This document shows, piece by piece, positions 42,130 to 57,216 of a stretch of 64,000 nt of DNA (position 1 is the stretch's first letter; each line of letters starts with the position of its first letter). A program made the position numbers and the translations under genes. Origin of the DNA: Prasinococcaceae sp. CCMP 1430 (Eukaryota; Plantae; Prasinodermophyta); contig RQSC01001252.1 of assembly GCA_013416795.1 (NCBI GenBank), positions 30,990 through 94,989 of the forward strand, read 5' to 3'. The notes under the pieces were generated by a model that worked only from the letters and a program-made list of their open reading frames with translations, made no database searches and was not told where the DNA came from.

Positions 42130-42366
42130 ATGACGCGCAGCTCTCGGTGCGACGAGGATGGGTGCGCGCCGCACTCGTCTGCGAGCTGGGGCGGCGAGTG
42201 GTGGCGCGCTATCAAGCTCCAGCACGCGTCCGAGCTCCAGGCTGCTTTCCTCGTAGGACTCGTCTGCTTGGTGCCCTTGCTTATGGTTTTCTATGTGTGG
42301 CTGGTGGCGCAGCACAAGCTGACACAAGCCAAACTCGAAGCAGCGCAGCGCAAGAAGGAGAAGTGA
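42130..42366 (+). CDS. Putative single-TM microprotein B (78 aa)
   Basis: HASELQAAFLVGLVCLVPLLMVFYVWL TM segment followed by a basic tail; similar to microprotein A. Confidence 0.55.
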   Translation: MTRSSRCDEDGCAPHSSASWGGEWWRAIKLQHASELQAAFLVGLVCLVPLLMVFYVWLVAQHKLTQAKLEAAQRKKEK

Positions 42367-42596
42367 CGCCTCATTCAAAGTTGCCCTGTACCAACGTTGG
42401 TCGGAGTAGGCGCACGCGCGTACGCGTAAGCTATTGTACTACTAGAGCTAGAGGGGAACCCCGGCGCCACGTGCGTACGCAGCACCGACACTGTCGTATG
42501 TCGTAAGAATGCTTTACGGATTTATGTTCACAATCGGGCTAGGGAATCTCGTGCGATCAAGAGGGCGTGGATAAGCGAGCGCACGGGCTGGACAAC

Positions 42597-43955
42597 CTAG
42601 TATACGGAATCAGTCACGAACTTGTCGAGCGGCTTGCCAATCGCGTAGACGATGAAGCCCATCTCGCGCAGCCTATCGTGATCGAGGATGTTGCGACCGT
42701 CAAAAATGAAGGGCGGCTTGACCATCGAGTCGTACACGCGCGACCAGTCGAGGGTCTTGAATTCATCCCACTCGGTGAGGATGCACAGGCCGTGCGCGCC
42801 GTCGGCAGCCTCGTACGCACTCTCGGCAGTCTTGAAGTCGTCCCTTCCCTCGCTCGGCGATGCAGGGGTGGTCTGCGGATGATCCCAGTCGAACTTGTCG
42901 AGCGCCAGCTCGCGCGCCATCTGCTCAGCCGACACCTGCGGGTCGTACACCGACAGCTTGGCGCGGTCGTTCATGAGCCCCTTGCACACGTCAATGGCCG
43001 GCGTCTCGCGCGTGTCGCCGGTGTCCTTCTTGAAAGCGAAGCCAAGAATGCCAAGCTTCTTGCCGCTGACGGTGTTGAACATGGAACGGATGACGACTCC
43101 AACGAAGCGATTCTTCTGGTAGTCGTTCATCGACACCACCTGACGCCAGTACTCAGCCACCTCGGGCAGGCCGTTGCTCTCGCAGATGTACACGAGGTTG
43201 AGGATGTCCTTCTGGAAGCACGAGCCCCCGAAGCCCACGGACGAGTTGAGGAACTTCCGGCCGATGCGTGTGTCGCGGCCGATGGCGTACGACACCTCGG
43301 TCACGTCGGCGCCGGTCGCCTCACAGATGGCACTCATGGCGTTGATCGACGAGATGCGCTGCGCGAGGAACGCGTTGGCAGCGAGCTTGGAGATCTCGGC
43401 CGACCACAGGTTGGACAGGATGATGTTCTCGCGCGGCACCCAGTGGGCATACACCTCGACGAGCTTGGCCATGGCGGCCTTGCCGTGCGCGGTCTGGCGG
43501 CCACCAATGAGCACACGGTCGGGCTTCTTCAGGTCGTCAATGGCCGTGCCCTCGGCGAGGAATTCGGGATTCGACAGCACGTCGAAGCGGATGCTCTTGT
43601 CCGGGCAGTTGCCCACGAGCACCTTTTCGATAGCCTCGGCGGTCTTGACCGGCACCGTCGACTTCTCAACGATGATCTTCGAGCTGGTCGAGCTCTGCGC
43701 GATCACGCGCGCGGCACCCTCCCAATACGTCAGGTCGGCCGCCGAGCCAGCGCCGACGCCACGCGTCTTCGTCGGCGTGTTCACCGACACGAAGATGATG
43801 TCGGCCTTGGCGATAGAGCCCTCGACGTCCGTCGTGAAGAAAAGGTTGCGGCCGCGTGCCGCGAACACCACCTCCTCGAGGCCAGGCTCGTAGATGGGCA
43901 ACTTCTGCGAGTTCCACGCGTCGATGCGCGGCTGCGAGATGTCGACCACGGTCAC
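42597..43955 (-). CDS. UGD: UDP-glucose 6-dehydrogenase (main exon; the first exon with the NAD-binding motif is not found)
   Basis: [65 protein letters not shown] (catalytic Cys), [13 protein letters not shown]. Confidence 0.96.
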   Translation of the reverse strand: MTVVDISQPRIDAWNSQKLPIYEPGLEEVVFAARGRNLFFTTDVEGSIAKADIIFVSVNTPTKTRGVGAGSAADLTYWEGAARVIAQSSTSSKIIVEKSTVPVKTAEAIEKVLVGNCPDKSIRFDVLSNPEFLAEGTAIDDLKKPDRVLIGGRQTAHGKAAMAKLVEVYAHWVPRENIILSNLWSAEISKLAANAFLAQRISSINAMSAICEATGADVTEVSYAIGRDTRIGRKFLNSSVGFGGSCFQKDILNLVYICESNGLPEVAEYWRQVVSMNDYQKNRFVGVVIRSMFNTVSGKKLGILGFAFKKDTGDTRETPAIDVCKGLMNDRAKLSVYDPQVSAEQMARELALDKFDWDHPQTTPASPSEGRDDFKTAESAYEAADGAHGLCILTEWDEFKTLDWSRVYDSMVKPPFIFDGRNILDHDRLREMGFIVYAIGKPLDKFVTDSVY

Positions 43956-44461
43956 CTGCTCAGGTCGTGGTGCGGAGAGGCGCCGCGCGCGTCAGCGCCG
44001 GCGGCAAAGCGTGGGCCTGCAGCGGCGCGAGGAGGGCGCGCACCGCCGCGAGCGCTGCCTGTGCCGAGTCGAGCATTCAGCCTCGGCGGAGCGGCTGCGC
44101 GGCTCAAGCCTGCAGGCGCTCGCGCGGCGCGACGGCAGCGCGCGAGGCTTCTGCCCTTCGCCGCCCGTGCCCTCGCCCTCGCCCACACCGGCTTCCCCCG
44201 CGGGCGACGGCGATCGGCGTCGCCGTTTTCCCGCCATTTTTGCGCCCAAGGGGCACCCCGCGGGGCGCGCGCGCGGACGCGCCCCTTCGGCGCGCGGCCG
44301 AAACGCCCGCCCGGGCGCGCAACAGCCCCGAGCGCCGGAGCCGGAGAAGCTCCCCCTTTTTTATTTCGGCATTTTCGCGTCCTTTCTCGGATCTAAAAAG
44401 AAAAGGAAAAAGAAAAACATTGGCACGCCCTAGCTGCTGCAGCTTGCTAGACTGGTGCTGA

Positions 44462-44473
44462 TACTGTACAGTA
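44462..44473. promoter_or_regulatory. Intergenic palindrome TACTGTACAGTA
   Basis: Same core as at 10947 and 54946. Confidence 0.5.
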
Positions 44474-44770
44474 GCTAGTCTAGCCATGAGGAGGCCCACT
44501 GGAGGCCTGCGCGGCGAAGGTGGCGCGCTCACTTCAAGGCGCGCGTGCTGCACAGTACAGTGCGCGGATGGTCCGCTCTCCATGCGCCATGGCAACCCCG
44601 CGACGCGCGCCCTGGTGCTCGCACCATGGGTGGGGCGCGCACTTGGGCGGCGGAGGCATGGGTCACATGCGCAGCTGCGAATGCTGACCGGCACCATCTA
44701 AAGACTGCATGTTGGCCATACCGCGTGCACTTACCGCTAGCGCATCGCACCGCACCGCCCTTCTGCTTAG

Positions 44771-45817
44771 CTAGACGCAGATGCGGTACATGACATAACG
44801 CCCTGCTGTCTCCGACGGCCTGATGATGCGCACGACCTGTCCGCGGTTGAGCCCGTAGAACCTCGCAACGGGATCCGAGTGCTGCACGCGCGGCAGCTGC
44901 GTCTCCTTGACCTTGTAGCGCTCGAGAAGCGTCTTCTTCTCGTCGTCGGACAGGATCTGGTGCGTTGGCACTAGGGTATGACGTGTGATGTTGACGAGCA
45001 GCTCCTGCTCCTGGAAGACCTCGAGGATGTACTTTGGAGCCATCTCCACTAGACATTGCTTGGCGAAGGGCGTCAGGCTCTGTTGCACGACCATGATGGC
45101 GCGGAACACCTGCTCGTTCTTCATCCTCTCTGCGAATTTCTTGATCTTGGCGACACCGACCTTGGCCTCCTGCGTGGGCGAGGCGTGCCGAGGTCGTGTG
45201 AGTCGATGCGCAGGCATGCCGCGGCCACGCGCGGGAACAACGCACATTGGTGCGGGCGTGTGCGCGGGGGGGGACAGCGCGAGTGGAACAGGAAGCGAGC
45301 GCCACAGGCGTCAGCAGAGGCGCAAGGAGATGGTGTGCAGCGCGCCGCTGGGAGGTGCCAACACACGGCGCCCACAACTCTCGATGGGGCGCGAGCGTGC
45401 TGAGCAGCGCGCGCCCTATCGCCAGCGCAACACAAGGCAAGTGACGCTCGCGGCGAGGCGATCTGCGGCGCGCATGCGTCCTCATGCTCCGCGGGACGGC
45501 ACTCTCTCGCCGAAACGCAGCGGCGCCGCGCGGCGCTCGCTCACATCAGGAAAGAAGACAAAGATCTGCTCGGTGGGGTCGTCCTTCTTCTTGGCAAAGG
45601 CGGTCAAGTTCTCCCTGTCGAGTTTGCCGTCCTTGACGTACTCCTTCTCGAAATCCTCCTTGGTCATCTCGACCTCCTTGCGCTCGAGCAGGTAGTCACG
45701 CGCGACGAGCATCTCGCACGCCGTGCGCCGCACGCGGTAGAGCATGTTGAGCAGCTCCTTGTCCGCCTTGTCGCCGCCGCCCGCACCCACACCGCCGCCG
45801 CCCTCCATGCCGGCCAT
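44771..45817 (-). CDS. RPB5: RNA polymerase I/II/III shared subunit RPB5; exons 45817-45545, 45169-44771
   Basis: [21 protein letters not shown]|[48 protein letters not shown]. Confidence 0.97.
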
Positions 45818-46380
45818 CGCGCGCTACGCGGCGCAGCACGGCGCTGCGCGGAGCGGAGCGGCGCGACGGCCTCGCGCACGGCCGGGGGGAACGTCGCGCT
45901 CAGAACCCGGTGTGGCTCCCACGCCGCCGCCGCTGGCAGCCGCCGCAGCCCGACGTGCACGCTTGGGGGCGCGCGGTGAACGCACGGAAGGGCGTGACTT
46001 TTGACGGCGGAAGCGCGCGAGGCGCTCTCAAACGGACCTCACAGCACCCGGGACCAATGCCCGCGAAACGGGTGAGGCGCAGGCGCAGGGGCGACGACCA
46101 GCAGCCGCCGCCGAAAAAGAAAAAGAAAACTAAAAAAAAAAACTGACGCGGGCGGAGCGTGCTTGCAGCACGGCAGGGGCGGGAGGGTGGGGGAGGGGAG
46201 GCGAGGGAAGGGAAGGCAAGGGAAGTGGGAGTGTGCCACACCGCCGTAGGGCGGCCCGGCGCAGCGCGGCGCACGGAGGAGGATATCGTGCAAGGGTGGG
46301 TGAGAGCGGGAGGGGGGGGGGCTCAGTGGGCAGGCGCGCGCGCAAGAGAGAGAGAGAGAGCCATGGGGCGCCGCAGGGGG

Positions 46381-47673
46381 ATGGCGCCCCCGCAGAAGTA
46401 CGGCTCGCCGCTCTTCTGTGCGGCGTGGGTGCCAGGTGTGGGCGACGGCGGGCCAGGCGCGGGGGGGTGCGTGATCGTAGGCGGCGGCGGCGGCGCAGGC
46501 TCGCACGGCGTCAAGAACGTTGCGCTTGGTGTCGCGTGGGGCGGCCGCGCGCGCCCCGACGGTGGCGGAGGCGCGCTCGAGATGGCGGCGTGCGCAACCG
46601 CGGACATGGGCGCCAGCGCGCCACAGGGAATGGCGGTGCACCCAGACGGCCGCGCCGCGCTCGTCGCGTCCGACGGAGGGGTGCGTGTACTCACCGTCGA
46701 GCCTAGCAGCACAACGAGCGGGGGTAGAACGGTGCCCACCGTACTGCTTGCGTCGCGAGCGAACGATGACGAACGCCTGGGCTCGGCGCTCGGCGGCGGC
46801 GGGTGTTCCGCGGTCGCCTTCAGCGCCGACGGGGCCAGCTTCGCCGTCGGCCGCGATGACGGTAGCGTGCGCGCATTCAGCTGGCCCGAGCTGCGTGAGT
46901 GCGAGGTGGCCGCTGGCAGTGGGCACTCGGACGCAGTCAACGCGCTCGCGTTTTCGCCAGATGGCACGGCGCTCGCCTCGACTGCGTCGGATGGCACGTG
47001 TCTCGTGCGGCGCGTGGGCGGTGGCGCCAACGCCAAGTTTGTTGACGTGCGCAAGGAGCTGCACGGAGGGAAAGGTGAGGGAGGGAACGGACGCGCCCGC
47101 GCCCGCCTGCGCGCCTGTGCGGGTGCGCACCTGCGAGCGAAGACTGACGCCCGCGAGCGCTCACGTGTAGGCTCGTTCCGCGGCGCTGCGTACGCCGACG
47201 GTGCTCTGTACACGGGTGTCAACGTCGGTGGCGAGGGGTTTATCACAAAGTGGGTGTACAACCTGGCCGACGCGACGCAGCTACGCATCGCCTCCAGGCG
47301 CCGCGTGTTCAGGGACGCGCTTACGTCCCTCGCCGCCGGTGGCGGCTCGCCTGCCGCAATCGCGGCTGGGAGCTCGGAGGGTGACGTCTGCGTCGCTCGA
47401 GGCGCGGGTGGTGGCATTTCGCTCAAGGCCACCCACCGGGGCGCGCACGGCATCTTCGTCACCGCGTTGGCTGTACATCCGACCACGGGCGCCGTGTCTT
47501 CGGTGAGCGCTGACGCAGGCGTGCGCGTGTTCCCTAGCTCTCGTGCACCAGGCGGTGGGGGAGGTGCGCTCGCCCGCGCCTTCTTCCTGATCGTGCTGAT
47601 GCTCGCCACGCTGCTGGTGGCACTGCTCATCGGGCAGGCGCACCTGTATTTCTCCACACCGAGGTGCTCCTGA
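46381..47673 (+). CDS. SEC12: SEC12/PREB-like WD40 Sar1 GEF with C-terminal TM; probable intron 47075-47170
   Basis: KYGSPLFCAAW, GGGGGAG..GVKN (K-loop), WD repeats (GHSDAVNALAFSPDG), AHGIFVTAL, VSADAGVRV, C-terminal hydrophobic helix. Confidence 0.85.
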   Translation: MAPPQKYGSPLFCAAWVPGVGDGGPGAGGCVIVGGGGGAGSHGVKNVALGVAWGGRARPDGGGGALEMAACATADMGASAPQGMAVHPDGRAALVASDGGVRVLTVEPSSTTSGGRTVPTVLLASRANDDERLGSALGGGGCSAVAFSADGASFAVGRDDGSVRAFSWPELRECEVAAGSGHSDAVNALAFSPDGTALASTASDGTCLVRRVGGGANAKFVDVRKELHGGKGEGGNGRARARLRACAGAHLRAKTDARERSRVGSFRGAAYADGALYTGVNVGGEGFITKWVYNLADATQLRIASRRRVFRDALTSLAAGGGSPAAIAAGSSEGDVCVARGAGGGISLKATHRGAHGIFVTALAVHPTTGAVSSVSADAGVRVFPSSRAPGGGGGALARAFFLIVLMLATLLVALLIGQAHLYFSTPRCS

Positions 47674-47924
47674 GCCACCTCCATCGCCGGCCCGCGCGCG
47701 GCCGATCCCAAGGAGGTTGTCAGATTGGCTGCCTGCCACCCACATGCTCACAGGCTGCTGAGCGGCGTCTTTAGGGTGAGTAAGATAGGGTTGCAATTTT
47801 GAACCAGCGCCTGGGCCGGAGCATCAGGGCCATCAGAATGCATGCGGGATGTGAACGCCACGGCCGCGGGCGCGCCACACTGCGGACCGAAGGCGCCCCG
47901 CACGGCGCCGTCGCGGCGACCGCA

Positions 47925-51817
<3,893 letters not shown>

Positions 51818-52704
51818 GGTCGGCCGAGCGGGGGCGCGCCGCGGGCCCCACGCGGCCGGACGCACTCCGTCAGTCAGGGACTCAGGGGCTTTCAGGGCAC
51901 CTCCGCGGGGCCATGCACCGCATCGAGCGCCCCATTCCAACCCGCATCCCCACCCGCACCCTCATCCTCATCCGCATCCGCCGCAACCCCCCCCGGTGGC
52001 GGGCGCGGGGCTGCAATAACAAATAAATTGTCATGGCTAAGACAGCAACTGTGATGGCACCGGCGCGCGCGCGACTCTCCGCGGGTGCGCGCGATGACCT
52101 GGCGCGCCGCCATCCGCGCGGAAAAAGGCGCCGATCGGCCGGTCGCCGCCATCGGAAGAATTGGTTGGTCGGTGCGTGATGATGCGACGGGGGGCCACCT
52201 GGCATGCGGCAGATTTTTCCCCGTTTCCCGGGAAGAAGGAGGGGGGGTCGATCAGTCCGTCGGTCGGTCGGGTGGGCGTTGCGTTCCATCCATCCATCGG
52301 GTGCCGGCTGGCTGACATGGCAGCGCCGTCGTGCGCTGTGCTGTCGCTGTCAACTCCGGTCTCCACTGAGTCCACCCAGACTCCAGCCAGTCCAGCTCGC
52401 CCCCAGCCACGGAGAGCGGGGCAGATGTCCCAAGCAGACCTGCATTCAGGGCAGCCCGCGAGGAGGGTGGCCGGGCGGGGCGCGAGGGCGGAATGGAATG
52501 AACGCGCGCTGCGGTGTGGTGTGGTGTGGCAGATGCTGTTGTGCGCGTCGGTCGGGGGCGCGGGGCGGCGCGAGTCAGCGTGATGGACCACGTGGTAGCC
52601 ATAGCGCCGCGCCGCGCCGCGCCGCGCCGCGCTCGGCGGCGGGGTGGGGCGAACAGCCGCGCTTCGGTTGAAGTCGACCCTGGCCCTGCTAGTGGGGAGG
52701 CGAG

Positions 52705-54777
52705 ATGGGCGCGGCCGCCAGCAGCCAGTTGCGCCAGTGCCGTGGCGCGCCGCAGCTCGACGAGCGGCTGTGCAAGACGAGCGGGATGTACCCTCCGCGC
52801 AGGGACATTGACGATCGCAAGCTACGCAATCTGATCCTCGCGGGGAAGCTCGCGCCGTGCTACCCGGGCAAGGAAGCCGAGGAGGAGGACGGCGAGGGCG
52901 AGCGTGCAAGCTGCGACGGCACGAGCGAGCGCCTGGACGAGTGCCCCATCTGCATGCTCAACTACCCGGCGCTCAACCGATCCGCGTGCTGCCGGCAGGG
53001 CATCTGCACCGAGTGCTTTCTGCAGGTCAAGCCCACGCCGGGCAGCGGCGAGGCAGCCAGGTGTCCCTTTTGCAACTCGGTGGGGTATTCCGTCCAATTC
53101 ACGGGCGTCAAGAGCGCGGCCGAGCACGAGGCCGAGGAGCGCGAGCGTCAGCGCGTCGCGCTGGCGATTGCGCGCGCGCGCGCCGACGAGCAGCGCGAGG
53201 ACGAGGACGAGCTCAATCGGCGCGCGAGTGCACCGGCTGCCATGGAGTCGGCGCACTCGTCCTCGCCGGGCATGCCAGAAGCTGCGAGGAGCGTCGCCTC
53301 CCGGCGGGCGGGGCCGAGCGCGCCATCCACGGCGCGGACGCCGTCCAAGGCCGCCCTCTTGGTCGAAAAGGCCAAGCGACTGCGCGGCCGAGTCAGCTCG
53401 TGGGCGCGCTCGCCGACGCTCATCAAGGCGAATGGATCCGCACTCACCTCCCGTCGCTCGCTTCGCGCGGCCGCCGCGGCCGCGGCCTTGGAGGAGGTCC
53501 GCGAGATGGAGCGTTCGCGCGAAGAGACCATGCGGCAGGCGATGCTCGCGACTGCTGCAGAGCTCGAGCAGCGACAATTCGCTGCGGGTGGGACGCGCGC
53601 GCGCGCGCTCAGCGATGGCGCGTGGGCGCGTCGCGGGCAGGAGCGTGCGCACACGCGCCAGCGCCAGCGCCAGCGCAACCTTGCACACCCGCGTGCGGGC
53701 ACGGGAGCGCTCCCCGATGACCTCTGGGAGGCGGAAGTCGCTGGAGTGGACGCTGCCGTCTTGCAAGAGCTCGAGGATGCGGCCATGGAAGAGCTCGCGC
53801 AGCGCGCTCACGAGCAAGCGCACCAACAGTTCGTGGAAATGGGACGGCACATGCGCAATGCGTTGCCCGAGCACCTGCTCGAAAACGTGCGCAGCGGTAG
53901 CGCGGAGGCCGTGTCGGAGCTGGAGGAAGCCATGCTGGAACAGGCCATCCTGGCGAGTCTGGAAGACGCGGACGTGATGTCTGCGACCTCCCCCGAAGAT
54001 GCGAGTGCTGCCGGAGGCCACGAAGCCGATGACTACGTCGCTACAGTCGGCACTGATCAGCACTCGACAGGCGAGCAGCTGCTGCGCGATGGCCCCGTTG
54101 CGAATACAAACGATGCCGGGCCTAGTCATGCGACCCCTGAGCCTGAAGGCCGTGGCTCAGACGACTCGAGCGGCCAGCACGGTGAGCACGGCGCCGTGGT
54201 CGAAGAGTACGACTTTACTTACGAAGACGACTCTGAGGAAGGAGAGGAGGTCCCGGAGGAGGGATGCCCGCCCGCGGACGAAGAGCACGGCGCGGAATAC
54301 GGACGGATGCAAGGGGGGGTGCGCAGGGTCCGCATTAGGGATGGTGGCGACGTGAACGACGAGGCTTCCGTCGTCAACATGGCACGAGCGACGGCGGCAG
54401 AGGACGAGCTCGTGGTCGAGAGCTTATCCACGGCCACTGGCGGCGAAGACAGGCTGCTGGCGATTGACGTGAGCGTAGGCGCGAAGGGTAGCCAGAATTC
54501 TGTTGCACCCTCTGCTCTGGCAGCTGCCGAGATTGAGGAGAGTGCCGCAGCATATGCGCACGCGCACAGCACAGACGACTCTGCCCCCGCCGTGGATGGG
54601 GGCGCAAACGAGGCGCCCCGAGTCTCGAGAACCGCGTCGAAAGGACAAAGTATGGCCCCAGTGGAAGCCCTGAAGGACAGCCTCGATTCGTATGATACTG
54701 TGCTTGCCGGCACGACCAAGCCCCAGACGGCTAGCGCGGGCGGCGGGGACGCGCAACTGGTCGCGCCGACGGCATGA
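52705..54777 (+). CDS. DA2/GW2/Sip5-type RING E3 ligase with myristoylation-like N-terminus and a UIM-like motif
   Basis: MGAAASS; LDERLCK.SG.Y...DID.RKLR.LI..GKLAPCYPG; ECPICMLNYPALNRS.CC.QGICTECFLQ...CPFC; LEQAILASL. Confidence 0.88.
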   Translation: MGAAASSQLRQCRGAPQLDERLCKTSGMYPPRRDIDDRKLRNLILAGKLAPCYPGKEAEEEDGEGERASCDGTSERLDECPICMLNYPALNRSACCRQGICTECFLQVKPTPGSGEAARCPFCNSVGYSVQFTGVKSAAEHEAEERERQRVALAIARARADEQREDEDELNRRASAPAAMESAHSSSPGMPEAARSVASRRAGPSAPSTARTPSKAALLVEKAKRLRGRVSSWARSPTLIKANGSALTSRRSLRAAAAAAALEEVREMERSREETMRQAMLATAAELEQRQFAAGGTRARALSDGAWARRGQERAHTRQRQRQRNLAHPRAGTGALPDDLWEAEVAGVDAAVLQELEDAAMEELAQRAHEQAHQQFVEMGRHMRNALPEHLLENVRSGSAEAVSELEEAMLEQAILASLEDADVMSATSPEDASAAGGHEADDYVATVGTDQHSTGEQLLRDGPVANTNDAGPSHATPEPEGRGSDDSSGQHGEHGAVVEEYDFTYEDDSEEGEEVPEEGCPPADEEHGAEYGRMQGGVRRVRIRDGGDVNDEASVVNMARATAAEDELVVESLSTATGGEDRLLAIDVSVGAKGSQNSVAPSALAAAEIEESAAAYAHAHSTDDSAPAVDGGANEAPRVSRTASKGQSMAPVEALKDSLDSYDTVLAGTTKPQTASAGGGDAQLVAPTA

Positions 54778-54944
54778 ATGAGCAACACGCGCGCCATGTG
54801 GCGCGTACAAGCGCGAGAGTGCGCTCGCCAGAGCTCAGGTCTTCTACCGCCGCGCGCGACCAGGAAAGGCGCGCGAGCGCACGCCGCGGGTGGCCGAGCG
54901 AGCGATAAACCACCACGCACGCACCCCAAACGATTGCTGTGACA

Positions 54945-54958
54945 GTACTGTACAGTAC
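54945..54958. promoter_or_regulatory. Intergenic palindrome GTACTGTACAGTAC between convergent DA2-like and SpoU genes
   Basis: Seen directly, within a run of GTAC units. Confidence 0.5.
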
Positions 54959-55090
54959 GTACGTACTGAACGTAATAATGCACACCTGTGAAAGCTCTCG
55001 TGCGAGCATCGCGTTTGGTGCTGACGTATCACCTTCTCGTTATTAGGGGGAATGTGCGCATTTGCGAGCGGAGGTGGGCGACGCGTACGC

Positions 55091-56193
55091 TCAGTCAGCC
55101 GCCTCCGCGCCACTACCCAGCGCGTACATGAGTATACCGCCGGCGACTCCCACGTTTAGGCTCTCCATCGAGCCTGGGTCCTGCGGCACGCTCACACTGC
55201 CGCCAGCACACGCTGCCTTGGCCTCGGCTGACAGACCCTGACCCTCCGAGCCTAGCACAAGGCATACACGGTGCTCGGCCGACAGCGCCTGCAGAACGTC
55301 GCGCGCGGCCGCCGCCTCGTGCTCGTCGCGCGGCGGCTCGGCGGCGACGACGGTGAAGCCCTCAGCCTGTAGCGCCCTCAGTGCGGCGCCCGCCCCAGCT
55401 TTACTGTCGCCTACACGCAACGTGGGGAGCTTCGCCGCCGCGCCGCGGCCTGCGTATAGACGTCAGCACAAGCCACGCCATTTGCGAGCACATGCGCGGC
55501 GCTACGAGCAGCGGCGGAGCACGCACCTGCTCGCAGGCACTTGTCATTGAAGACGTCGCAGCAGTCGCCAAGCATGAGCGCGCCGCCCCAGCCAAGGGCG
55601 AGCGCGGTGCGCAGCAGCGTGCCCACATTACCAGGATCCTGCACGGTGTCGAGCGCGAGCACACGCTGCGGCGGGCAGAGGCGAGCAGCATCAGCCAGCG
55701 TCGGCGCAGCATGCGCGCCGAGCGCACAGGAGGCACGGGTGGGGATGGGGGGTGGTCCCACTTTCGGGGGGCGTCGCACGCGTGGAGCGCGCTCACTCAC
55801 ATTCATCGAGGCAGCCCAGTCGGGCGCGCTCGCAGCGTCGCCCGCGGCCGGCACCTCGACCTCTGCAACTGCCACGACGCCATCTGCTGAGCCCACTCCG
55901 GCGACCTTGTTCATGACGTCATCGGACGCGAGGAAGGTGGGCACCCGCGCGCCGCGCGCGCTGCCCTGCGCGCGGGCTGCAGCCAGGAGTTCTGCGGCAT
56001 CCGCGTGCTGCTCGGCGCCATCGCGCACGAGCAACGTGCGTAGGCGCCGCGGCTGGACCGCGCTGTCGCCGGCGACGCGCACCACGCACTCGGCAATGAC
56101 GTCGGCTCCGACGAGCAGGGCACTGCCCGTCTCGCGACGCGCGCGGTGCGACGTGCGCAGCTTGACCAGGCGTTTCACGCGTTCGTTCGCCAC
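55091..56193 (-). CDS. SpoU/TrmH-family RNA 2'-O-methyltransferase (multi-exon; first exon unresolved)
   Basis: N.RVKRL.KL, LALDTVQDPGNVGTLLRTA.ALGW, LVLGSEGQGLS, SMESLNVGVAGGILMY (SPOUT motifs 1-3). Confidence 0.9.
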
Positions 56194-56799
56194 CTATGCA
56201 CGCGCACGAGCAGGGCGCCCGCAGGTGCGCAAATGGGTGCGCGTAGGCGCATGTCAGCGCCTCCAGAGCTCGCGTGCGCTGCGGGCCGCGGCTGTCGCCG
56301 TGGCCTGGACGTGAGCATTGTGCAGGCCGCGCGTCGGTTCCATGTGCCCCCACGCCTCCCTCCCTCCTACCCGCTTGCGCGCGCCCTCACCGATGTGAGG
56401 CACGGATGCTCACTCTGAGCGTCCCTTCGTCCGCCCCCGATCCCCTCGCCGCCGCCGCGCGGCCGCGCATCGCCGCCCTGGGCGGCTGCGGCGGCGGCGG
56501 TGGGGGTGGCGGCACCCCGCGTGGTCCCGCGCTTGCGCCGCGCGCGCTGCGCTGTGCCGCCACCTCCGCCACGCTGCGCCCCCACTCACCCACCCACGCG
56601 CCCACCCCGTTGGCGGCGGCCACCGGGGACTCGTCGGCGCACGCGCGCGCGCTCGATCAACAACAGAAGACAGAAGTGAGCCAGCGGATCCCCATCATTC
56701 CCATGGTCTGGCGGGCGCGCGCGCGGATGCGCCGGCGGCGCCCGTCGGGCTTCCGTGCCCTTGCGCCGACCCGCGTCGCGTGGACGTTCGTCGCCGCGC

Positions 56800-56887
56800 N
56801 NNNNNNNNNNNNNNNNNNNNNNNNNNNNNNNNNNNNNNNNNNNNNNNNNNNNNNNNNNNNNNNNNNNNNNNNNNNNNNNNNNNNNNN
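56800..56887. other. Assembly gap (88 N)
   Basis: Run of N seen directly. Confidence 1.
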
Positions 56888-57216
56888 CGGCCCGGCGGTG
56901 CAGGTGGTGCGCAGCCCAGACGCCGGGGGCGCCACATGCCGCGCGGCGCAAGCCGCGCAAGGGGACCGGGCGCCAAGAGCGGGGCGCGGGGGTCGAAGGC
57001 GCGCGCGTGCGTAGGAAGGGCTTGGGGCGGGGGTGGGGGGACATTGGGGGGGGGCGGGGGTCATCAGCGCGAACGCGGCGTAACCGACGGACGCCGGTGC
57101 CGGGCTAAGCGGAAGGTGTGTCGGTGCTCTTCGCCGGCACCTGTGACCGCTCCCATCCCATCCAGGTGCCCCGTGAGCACATCCCGGGCCGGCGCGCTGC
57201 CGTCAAGCGGCAGAGC

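Noticed and set aside
3070-47170. Introns sharing gtgcg/gtgag donors and GCTGAC, suggesting Introner elements
   Set aside because: Intron bodies are not similar to each other; only the ordinary splice and branch consensus is shared.
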